Source: a virus. From it: DNA of 64,000 nt. The stretch lies in IMG/VR virus record IMGVR_UViG_3300027509_000014, one strand, 5' to 3'. The notes beneath the pieces are model-generated. The model saw only the letters and a program-made list of their open reading frames with translations. It was not told the DNA's origin and ran no database searches. Numbering within the stretch: position 1 is the stretch's first letter; each line of letters starts with the position of its first letter. Both the position numbers and the translations under genes were made by a program. Shown piece by piece: positions 56,236 through 64,000 of this stretch.

Positions 56236-57249
56236 TTAAGCTGCTAATTCAGCTAGTGCCTTGTTGACAATAGAGTTGGCCTCTTCAACAGCGCTATTAT
56301 AGCGCCCCGCACTAATCTTGTCAAGATGCGGGTAAGCATTTTTAAATTGATTCTTTGCGGCGGTAAGGCTTGGCCCCTCTGGAATCTGCTGGAAGATCTC
56401 CACAATAGACTTGAACTGATCTTCGCTAATAATGTCAGCGGCGGCATCTTCTTCGGTAAGGTCACCTGCGGCCTGAGCTGCGTTCTCCATAGCTTCATTG
56501 GTGGCATCAGCCATTGACTGCTGGGCGGCAATCGCCTCAGAGTTGTCTACGTTAAGCCATGCCTTTACCTTGCGACCAAGGGCGCGCACGTCGCCAGGTG
56601 TCTGGAAGGTGTGGCCGTCAATTTCACGCATTCTGGTCTTAGAGACCGATGATGCATGAGAGTCCTTCTCTACTTCAAGAACAATAGTAAATTCGTAAAT
56701 TACGTCTTCACGCTGAACAGCTTTGAGGCCGAACGTGCGAACCTGAAGTCGGCCCTTATTGTCTTTCTCTAGTTGAGTGTCGACCTTGGCACGAGTCGTG
56801 CAAATAATATGACACGGAGCATTGAGGATAGAAGAAATCATTCTGTCCTGCATCGGAGTGGCTGTGCGCCAACCCTGAATTTTGTTTGACGCACGATCAG
56901 CAATTTCTAGAATGCCACCGGGGCCGTTCCAGAAGTGGCTAAGCGAGTCAACGATAATTACGTCGTAAGCGCCACCGTTTGTGTCGATTTCGTCAGCCAG
57001 ATCAAGTGGAGCATAAGGAGGCTGGAAATCCATATGTTGGAAAACAGTTCCTTCGCCATCGGAGCCTGGTGGCTTTGAGTAAAGCTTGGCAGATCCGCGC
57101 TCAGTATCGATCACCAAGATCCTGCCGTCATCAGCCAACTCTTCAGCTAGCCAGAGAGCTTGTGAGGTCTTACCCGAACCCGAAGGTGCGCTAATTGCAA
57201 TACGGGCTTTGAGATTATCTCTTTGAGCTTGTACAATCTTACGTGCCAT
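56236..57249 (-). CDS. AAA_24/Sak4-like ATPase (recombination)
   Basis: APSGSGKT; IDTERGS; IIVDSLSHFW; YEFT. Confidence 0.85.
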   Translation of the reverse strand: MARKIVQAQRDNLKARIAISAPSGSGKTSQALWLAEELADDGRILVIDTERGSAKLYSKPPGSDGEGTVFQHMDFQPPYAPLDLADEIDTNGGAYDVIIVDSLSHFWNGPGGILEIADRASNKIQGWRTATPMQDRMISSILNAPCHIICTTRAKVDTQLEKDNKGRLQVRTFGLKAVQREDVIYEFTIVLEVEKDSHASSVSKTRMREIDGHTFQTPGDVRALGRKVKAWLNVDNSEAIAAQQSMADATNEAMENAAQAAGDLTEEDAAADIISEDQFKSIVEIFQQIPEGPSLTAAKNQFKNAYPHLDKISAGRYNSAVEEANSIVNKALAELAA

Positions 57250-57407
57250 AATTATCTAACTTTCTATTTACTACTACTTGTTAAGTAATTACTATAGCAC
57301 AAACATTATTGCAGCGCAAGGGCAAAATAAAATTTATGGATAAAAATACTAAAGACCCAATTGCTTCCAGCGGAATGAGGCAACTAGGTCTTTAGATTTG
57401 TGCTTGC

Positions 57408-57677
57408 TTAATTAGAAAATCTAATCTTCTTCAATCTGAAAACAACACCGGGATGTAGTTCATTAAGACGATGTCTATTTCTGTTTACATCCTGCAGCGC
57501 TTTAAGAGCTAGATCTTTATCAGCTTCTGGCCATCTTTCGTACTCAGTAGCTCTTTCGTCTTCAAGCACAAAAAAAATGTCACCTGGCGTAGACGTTCCT
57601 AGATCAGAGCTAGTGGGCACCCTACTGGCTGCTTTATGAGCGGGGTTATTTCTTGTAACCTGCGAACTCGCAGGCAC
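57408..57677 (-). CDS. hypothetical protein
   Basis: ORF. Confidence 0.5.
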   Translation of the reverse strand: MPASSQVTRNNPAHKAASRVPTSSDLGTSTPGDIFFVLEDERATEYERWPEADKDLALKALQDVNRNRHRLNELHPGVVFRLKKIRFSN

Positions 57678-57860
57678 GCGACCGACAAGGTTGCGTTTGC
57701 TATTGTTGTCACCTCAACCCATTTTATTTACCTTCTTTTATAACTAGTTTTAGAAACTCTGGTTTTGAGCCTGCGCGTTTTGGCTGAATTGATATTGTTC
57801 CTTGCCTGCGAACTCACTGGCTTGGCGAGGCTTAGATTGCGCCGCTTTTTTTCTTTTCAT

Positions 57861-58355
57861 CTACTCATTGCCTGCCAGCAAAGAATCTTGCTGCGGATTG
57901 CTGTCCGTTCCTTCAGTCTTTGAGTCAACTACTACTTCAGCCACCTCGGCAGCTTCTTTAGCCTTTAGGCCTAGATCATCTTCATTATCATCATTATTAT
58001 CATCATTATTATTATCATTTTTGGATTCAGGCTTTACTTCAGGCTTTACTTCAGGTTTTACTTCAGGCTTTACTTCAGGCCTTATCTTTGCCTTGCCCTT
58101 TGGTTTGGGTGCCGGTTTGCGATTCTTGCGATTGTTGTTGAGCGTCTCGGTCGATGGGGCTGGCGGCTTATCACGATATGGTGCCGCATATCCAGAAGAT
58201 ATTAGACCACGAGCTTTATTCTCTGGAATATCGTATATTCCATTGCGCGTGATATCATTTATATCAACAAGTCCAATAATTCTTAACGTTTTTTCTGACA
58301 TGAAAAGCCCTCCGGCTAGATAACTAGTATACCACAAATTTAACTTTACTGACAA
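57861..58355 (-). CDS. low-complexity protein with PEVK and N/D repeats
   Basis: (PEVK)x4 from 12-bp repeats; NDNNNDDNNDDN. Confidence 0.65.
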   Translation of the reverse strand: MSVKLNLWYTSYLAGGLFMSEKTLRIIGLVDINDITRNGIYDIPENKARGLISSGYAAPYRDKPPAPSTETLNNNRKNRKPAPKPKGKAKIRPEVKPEVKPEVKPEVKPESKNDNNNDDNNDDNEDDLGLKAKEAAEVAEVVVDSKTEGTDSNPQQDSLLAGNE

Positions 58356-58359
58356 ACAA

Positions 58360-58662
58360 TTATATCTGATCGAGAATGTCCTGCACGACTTCGGTTAGCT
58401 CCAGCAACGATTCTCTAAGCTCGATATTTTGCTGCTGAAGGTCATCAGCCCTCTGTCGCTCACTAGCAATATCTGATTTTACAGTAGAATAATCTTCGAC
58501 CTCTACCATTTGACGACGCTGGCCGTCTGAGGTTCTCAATACCTCAACGTCTTGACCCTTTTCTTCTAAAGTAAATTGAAAATTTGAAGGCAGTATGGAC
58601 CTAGTTTGCCTATGGTTTCTCCTGATCTCTCTGCGCGGATCGGAGTGAATTGTTCTTCTCAT
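58360..58662 (-). CDS. hypothetical protein with C-terminal coiled coil
   Basis: Abuts the tail genes. Confidence 0.65.
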   Translation of the reverse strand: MRRTIHSDPRREIRRNHRQTRSILPSNFQFTLEEKGQDVEVLRTSDGQRRQMVEVEDYSTVKSDIASERQRADDLQQQNIELRESLLELTEVVQDILDQI

Positions 58663-59816
58663 TATTGCACCACCTCTGTTAATTCTGTATCTCCAAACGC
58701 AGCCGAAGTAGGCTCTAGAGATAGAGTGAATGCGCCTGCTGCTATATCGTAATTAATTTCCCTTATTCTCAGTATCCCTCTGAACTCTCTGCAGGAAGCC
58801 GAAACATCGACATACACTTTAACGCCAGCAACAAGTGACGCAACATCTATTGGCGTTCCCGGCCTTAACACGGCGCCGCTTTCTGAAGATATGTAAAAAG
58901 GATCAGAGAATGTTTTTAAATAAGCCTGAGCGGCCAGGGTAAGATCTTTTTTGTTTGTTAGCTGCAGAAACTCAACGACTCTTTCGATTACTCCATAATT
59001 CGATATAGTCGCTTCATCAGCCTGAACCGTTACCGGGTCCCCAGATTCCCCAAATGCTATAATTCTAGTGGCAAACCCTTGACGGGGGCCGAGCATTTCT
59101 ATCTTTAAAGCCGAGCTGAAGTCCCTGTCTGTGAATTCATATTGCAAAGTAGGAAAAGATGATGGCGGGCCGATTATTACTTTGCGACCGACTGCGGTAT
59201 AGTCAATTCCGAAATCAGCTATTTCATCAATCGCATCTGACGCCGTGCGCTTGTCATCAGCTTCGACTACCGTCTCTGCGTACTGGCCTGTTTCAGAAGT
59301 GACGATTTGAAAACCATTTACTTGATTGAGTTCCATTGCGCTTAGATGATACAGTCTAACAATGTCAGTAAGATCCTGAGCTGTACGAATATTGATCCTG
59401 GGAAGAACTCTCGAAGCCCACCAAGATGTATTATCTTCAGCCTCTATGGTCATTAGTCCATCAGACCAAGAAATGTATTGTATAGGCCCAGCCCAAAATA
59501 CATAATCTCCGAACCTAAACTCTAGCTCTTGCTTGCCAATAGATATGTCATCAAGATTTTCGCACTCCTGAATCTTCTTGGCTTCCTGGCCAGCTACGTT
59601 ATTTGCGCTACCCCAGTCTAATATCATAGTCACTGTGGCTGTAGATGTTCCATCAATCAACCGATTAAAATTTCCAGCAGTTGGGTACAGTCTGGCGATT
59701 TCAGAAAGGCCACCTTGAGTTGTAACTCTGACTTGAAGATCAGATCCGTCAGTCAGCTTGGCTTCAATTGACTTTTGACTTGGCCCAAACGAAGGCGCTA
59801 ATTGTATTCCAGCCAT
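58662..59816 (-). CDS. minor tail protein (ReqiPepy6 gp37-like hub)
   Basis: Position after tape measure; WAGPI, FATRIIAFG, YGVIERVV patterns. Confidence 0.75.
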   Translation of the reverse strand: MAGIQLAPSFGPSQKSIEAKLTDGSDLQVRVTTQGGLSEIARLYPTAGNFNRLIDGTSTATVTMILDWGSANNVAGQEAKKIQECENLDDISIGKQELEFRFGDYVFWAGPIQYISWSDGLMTIEAEDNTSWWASRVLPRINIRTAQDLTDIVRLYHLSAMELNQVNGFQIVTSETGQYAETVVEADDKRTASDAIDEIADFGIDYTAVGRKVIIGPPSSFPTLQYEFTDRDFSSALKIEMLGPRQGFATRIIAFGESGDPVTVQADEATISNYGVIERVVEFLQLTNKKDLTLAAQAYLKTFSDPFYISSESGAVLRPGTPIDVASLVAGVKVYVDVSASCREFRGILRIREINYDIAAGAFTLSLEPTSAAFGDTELTEVVQ

Positions 59817-62656
59817 TAAAAACCGCCACCGCTGTTGCCGAGCGTTAGCCCACCAGAAGAACTTGATCTTTTGGCGAACTTGATTTGGTAATTGAGGTCA
59901 GGCGCAGAGTTTTCACAATCTATTTCTACTTGTATGAAATACGTCTTACAAGGCTCTGCTACAAAATCTCTGTATGGCTGACTACAACCACCACTTATGT
60001 AGCGGTTAGCAGCTTCAGGGATCTTGCCTGGCCTAGCTAGAGTTATGCGTCCAGACTCTCCATCAATTGTTAAAGTAGAATTTTCTGGCAAAATGCCGAT
60101 CTCTAGAGACCACACCTCTTCCTGGTCACAGTAGAAAGATCCGGTAAAAGCATCACATACCGTAAAGTCGATTAAAGGGCCACAGTCTTGGAAAGGTGAA
60201 GGTGAAGGGGTTAAGATAATTGGCTCGCCATCTTCACTAAAAAATTCTGGCTGGCCTTCGACCAACAGCCTCGGGCAAGCTCTGGAAAATGGAAGAGGAA
60301 CAAATTCTGAATCTATATCAGGTTGATATGCTCCATCATCGGTAAAACTAATCGCCCCTACAACACCAAGACAGTTAGCATATATTGACCATTTTTGCCG
60401 AAGCTCAAATGAGCCTAGTCCTGTTGTATTTATATATCCGTCACCGCTTATGATGAATCCTGAAGATTCGGCACATCGTAAATATTCACATTGTTGAGGA
60501 TTATAGTTTGGATTTTCAAGAACTCCAGCATCACATGGTGATATCTGAGCCTCACTAAGTTTTTCCCAAGCCCTAACTCTGAAATTCCTCATATCTGAAG
60601 ATCCAGTATTTAGTGTTAGTTGCTGCACCGCAGAGAATGTAGTTGAATTGTTTTCATATTCGCAGCAGTCCAAAGAGACCATTTCTGGATCAGTAAAACA
60701 CGAACTGGGGCCAGTGCTTGTATCAGTAGGCAGCGCAACAGTTTCCCAACAAGCCTCTTCACAATCGCCCACAGCGAAGCTCGGGAAGATCAGCCTTGGA
60801 ACGCCCTCTTTACCGGCTGGAATTTCAGCGCAAGGCGGAAGGTCCACGAGAACTTCAAGATTGCGACATACCTTGCCAGTGTTTTGCTCCTTGTTCAAAA
60901 CATAATTGCACAAAGGGTCCGGAAATTGCGCCCAACAATCTCTTTCGAAATTAATCGGAACCCAAAGATTATTAATTGTGTCTATTTCTATTCTGCAATC
61001 TTTTACAAACTCACACTCAACGCCCTCACACGAAGTGCGATCAATTGTTAAGGTGGCTCCAATTGGGGGAAATGGGTTTACCCTAAAGTCGCTACAAGTG
61101 CGATCAAATAGCCCTGGAGGCGGTGTGCCATTAGGCGGTGGGCATTCCTCTTCTTCTTTTGGACAAGAGCAATCTACGGCCTCACAAGGAGGCAATGCAC
61201 CAACGGCTGGCGCCCAATTCAAGGGAGTCCAAGTGCCGCAGTTAGGGCCAGAGAAATTTAGTTTAACAAGTGCGCAGTTATCGCCAGAAGACGGAGACTC
61301 TGTCATCCATTTTTCATTACCTTCGCATTCGCCATCACAGGGATTAAATCCTGGGTTGCGCACAATTAGTTCTTCGACAACAATATCGCAGTCACACGGT
61401 ATTTCGCCGTCAGAAGACCAGCGAATTGTAGAGAACGCCGTCTCTCCCGTCTCTGCGTCGTAGGCAAGAATAACTTGATATGGAGAACACTCCGGGCCTT
61501 CTTCTTCTTCGAAATCAGCAATGACTACAACGCCATCGCCGCCGCCAAACTGAGTCTGCTCCCAATCCCAGTCACCAATTTTGCAGACACCACCACAGCG
61601 CTGAAGCATGATTGGAAACCTATCACGCTCTACTAGAAATTCACGCTCTTGATAGACTGGACGTGGCTTCGGGCAACTGAAAGCTTTATCGCAGGAAAGA
61701 TTATTCAGTACATTTTCCAAACAAACTTCTGGCTCTTGGTAAATCCAAGGGTCTTCAGAGCAGAGGGTGAATTGCACGCGGGCGTAATAGCGGCCTTCAC
61801 CGTGTTGCCTGCCGCTATCACCCATCCTGATAGTTTCTGTGACTTCAGGACCAAGACTTACACTAACATTGCGAATGTGTCTTACGGCGTCTTTTGGATC
61901 TGTTTCGCCTGGAGGGCAAAATGCTGCGGAGTAAAGATCAAACTTTCCGCAGTTTGCCATAATAGTGAAGAGGTTGTCGTAATAAGAAACCCCATACTCT
62001 ATAGCGCTCTCGCTGCAACCTATCAAATAAAAGTCAAACGTTAGACAGCGGCCGTCTCTTCTGGAAAGCCCATGAGAGGACCCGCTAAGCGCATTTGGCG
62101 TAATTACCCTAGAGAATGTAGAACCCCAGCCCCCAACATCAAATAGTATGGGGCCAGTTAGTTGATAACTGGCAGGATGACAGTCATCCCACCAAGGGGC
62201 GACAGAGAATTCCAATTCTTCATCACCAAAATCACAACCGCTGCCAGCCTTGGGTACGGCATAACATTTACTAACTCCTGGCTGAATATCAAATGGTAAT
62301 TCGTTAACAATATCAAGTGGCTCTGGAGGCTCGCTTAATCCAGTGTTATTTACCTGGACGACCGCTGGCTCGCCAGAGTCATCATCGCAATCGAGTGTAA
62401 AGGTGGTGGTTGTATCTATATCTGGCCCGTCAGCAACAGCGGCCCTCTGAGCGGCCAGCGCTGAGATATCTTTATATACTGGCGTGTCGGTTATGTAAGG
62501 ACCGGGGTCTGTGGGTATCCGAGACGCGCCTGGGCAGGATTTGAACTTTTCAATCTGCTTGATACCCATTGCTTGAGCGTAGGCAACCGTTCGCTGATTA
62601 TTAAACAGTTCATAGGTTTTGCCATTTATAACTATCTCGTACCATTCGGCCAACAT
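59816..62656 (-). CDS. large Cys-rich minor tail / distal tail protein
   Basis: Immediately after tape measure; LFNNQRTVAYA...PWWD...FTLCSEDPWIY pattern of actinophage distal tail proteins. Confidence 0.7.
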   Translation of the reverse strand: MLAEWYEIVINGKTYELFNNQRTVAYAQAMGIKQIEKFKSCPGASRIPTDPGPYITDTPVYKDISALAAQRAAVADGPDIDTTTTFTLDCDDDSGEPAVVQVNNTGLSEPPEPLDIVNELPFDIQPGVSKCYAVPKAGSGCDFGDEELEFSVAPWWDDCHPASYQLTGPILFDVGGWGSTFSRVITPNALSGSSHGLSRRDGRCLTFDFYLIGCSESAIEYGVSYYDNLFTIMANCGKFDLYSAAFCPPGETDPKDAVRHIRNVSVSLGPEVTETIRMGDSGRQHGEGRYYARVQFTLCSEDPWIYQEPEVCLENVLNNLSCDKAFSCPKPRPVYQEREFLVERDRFPIMLQRCGGVCKIGDWDWEQTQFGGGDGVVVIADFEEEEGPECSPYQVILAYDAETGETAFSTIRWSSDGEIPCDCDIVVEELIVRNPGFNPCDGECEGNEKWMTESPSSGDNCALVKLNFSGPNCGTWTPLNWAPAVGALPPCEAVDCSCPKEEEECPPPNGTPPPGLFDRTCSDFRVNPFPPIGATLTIDRTSCEGVECEFVKDCRIEIDTINNLWVPINFERDCWAQFPDPLCNYVLNKEQNTGKVCRNLEVLVDLPPCAEIPAGKEGVPRLIFPSFAVGDCEEACWETVALPTDTSTGPSSCFTDPEMVSLDCCEYENNSTTFSAVQQLTLNTGSSDMRNFRVRAWEKLSEAQISPCDAGVLENPNYNPQQCEYLRCAESSGFIISGDGYINTTGLGSFELRQKWSIYANCLGVVGAISFTDDGAYQPDIDSEFVPLPFSRACPRLLVEGQPEFFSEDGEPIILTPSPSPFQDCGPLIDFTVCDAFTGSFYCDQEEVWSLEIGILPENSTLTIDGESGRITLARPGKIPEAANRYISGGCSQPYRDFVAEPCKTYFIQVEIDCENSAPDLNYQIKFAKRSSSSGGLTLGNSGGGF

Positions 62657-64000
62657 TTAAATTACACGACCGTTTCTGCGCCTAGAGGCTTCTTCTGCTG
62701 CTTGAATTCTCATCATTACTTGATCGGCGTCCACACCATAAATATTATAAGTGTTGCCATTGCCAGATTCTTCAAATCCAGCCGCACCCATCATACCACT
62801 TCCAGCTAATATACCAGCGACTCCTGCGCTGCGCATAAGATTAGCCATACGTGCGGGTCGGGTCAGCGGCAAGATGGCTTCTCGACCAGCTTCGCCGTAT
62901 ATACCCAAAGTTGCTCTGTCAAAGATGCCACCAGATGCGTTGAGGCCAATCGCACCGCCCACACTACCTATGGCACCGCCGACGCTGCCTATGGCGCCGC
63001 CCACACCGCCTAATACGCCGCCCGCAAAGTCGAGAGGCGCTGTTACGATTGACTTTAGATCCTCCCAAGCGCCTTTGATTGGGTCTATGACTGTCTCTGT
63101 AAACCAAGTAGCTATACCGCCCCAAGCTTCAACTATAAGATCCTTGGCGGCAACAAAGAGATTACCTATTGACTTGGCTAGTTCTATTATTTTTTCAATA
63201 GCCCAGGTGAATGGGTTTATAAATATTGTTTCAATAACTGTCCAAATAGCGCTAAAGATTGCGCTAAACATATCGACCAGCCAATTAAAGGCGGCGACAG
63301 CGGCGTCAGCGGCGGCTCTAGCGGCTGAGCCTATGCCGCCCCAAACCGCAGAAGCTATTCCACCAAGTCCCTGGAGCAGCCCACCTACCAACTCCACCAT
63401 AAACCCAATGGCCGACCCAATAGCTGAAATCACAACATCAAAACCAATCTTCAAGCCCTCGAACAGAACAACAAACAGTGTCATTATGAATTTGGTGCTT
63501 CGCTCAAGTCCCTGACCGATGCCGAGCCATTTGGCTCCAATCTTTTGAAAGAATCCAATTATTACATCAAATACTTCTTTAAATACTTTTCCTATTATTG
63601 GGATTCTCTTTAATACACTAGTGAATTTACCAAGAAATTTAGCAATAGGCACAAGCTGGATGCCTTCCCAAATAGCTCTGAAGAAGTTAATCGCAGCTTC
63701 TTTCCACTCGCCCCTGAACAAAGCGGAAATCGTATCCATGATTCTCGCCAGGAATCGGAAAGGAGTCGCAACAATTTCGCCAAGTATTCTAAACGCTCCC
63801 ATCACAATTTTGAGAGCCACTTCATTACCTTGTATTGAAGAAACCAAGCCATTGAAGGAGCCTATTAAGTCTAATATGGCTGCCATTACTGTAGCTACAG
63901 CTGGTGCTATCAAGCCAATAAATCCAATAATTCCAGGCAGCAACCTGCCCAAAGCCTCAAAGGCAACGATTAGAGTTTCGCCAAAGTTGCCAATTCCGGC
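62657..64000 (-). CDS. tape measure protein, C-terminal part (gene starts beyond the window)
   Basis: Amphipathic G/A/I/W-rich helices; NASGGIF...GEAGREAILPL; frame open to the edge. Confidence 0.88.
   Translation of the reverse strand, partial: AGIGNFGETLIVAFEALGRLLPGIIGFIGLIAPAVATVMAAILDLIGSFNGLVSSIQGNEVALKIVMGAFRILGEIVATPFRFLARIMDTISALFRGEWKEAAINFFRAIWEGIQLVPIAKFLGKFTSVLKRIPIIGKVFKEVFDVIIGFFQKIGAKWLGIGQGLERSTKFIMTLFVVLFEGLKIGFDVVISAIGSAIGFMVELVGGLLQGLGGIASAVWGGIGSAARAAADAAVAAFNWLVDMFSAIFSAIWTVIETIFINPFTWAIEKIIELAKSIGNLFVAAKDLIVEAWGGIATWFTETVIDPIKGAWEDLKSIVTAPLDFAGGVLGGVGGAIGSVGGAIGSVGGAIGLNASGGIFDRATLGIYGEAGREAILPLTRPARMANLMRSAGVAGILAGSGMMGAAGFEESGNGNTYNIYGVDADQVMMRIQAAEEASRRRNGRVI

Noticed and set aside
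1-64000. Integrase, transposase, group I/II intron or intein
   Set aside because: No recognisable catalytic motifs or interrupted conserved genes were seen.

Overview
The window is a 64-kb segment of a large tailed dsDNA phage, most likely a siphovirus of an actinobacterial host. The host call is inferred from many leaderless genes, an actinophage-type two-protein capsid module and actinophage-type tail proteins. Layout: (1) 1-10 kb, + strand: RNA end-healing/sealing cluster (Rnl1-like ligase fragment, DEDDh exonuclease, DRB0094/Rnl5 ligase, metallophosphoesterase, Pnk-like kinase, RlaP-like nucleotidyltransferase) with two pentapeptide-repeat proteins. (2) 10.2-12.7 kb: mostly non-coding and repeat-rich. 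(3) 12.8-37.5 kb: an early/host-takeover-like region of about 60 small genes, mostly behind their own TTGCAA-N17-TAnnnT promoters, including DUF932, GP88-like, ArdA-like, bL12-like and CCA-adding genes, plus non-canonical tRNA-like RNAs. (4) 39.5-45.3 kb, + strand: capsid module with a PAP2/haloperoxidase-fold gene and an EndoVII gene. (5) 45.4-64 kb, - strand: peptide deformylase, Leu-rich tRNA cluster, terminase, ThyX, RuvC-like resolvase, SSB, AAA ATPase, tail genes and the 3' part of the tape measure gene. The most unusual observations are non-coding. First, a tripartite DNA element is present three times, with two conserved boxes 526, 528 and 526 bp apart across unrelated filler, followed by arrays of TGAGA-N6-TCTCA palindromes at an exact 20-bp period. 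Second, promoter-driven short RNAs start with GGAGGGAGGA but have no start codon, and face convergent antisense promoters. Third, there are tRNA-like RNAs lacking the anticodon loop or the D-arm next to a CCA-adding enzyme. All family calls come from motif recognition by eye; no database searches or folding programs were run.
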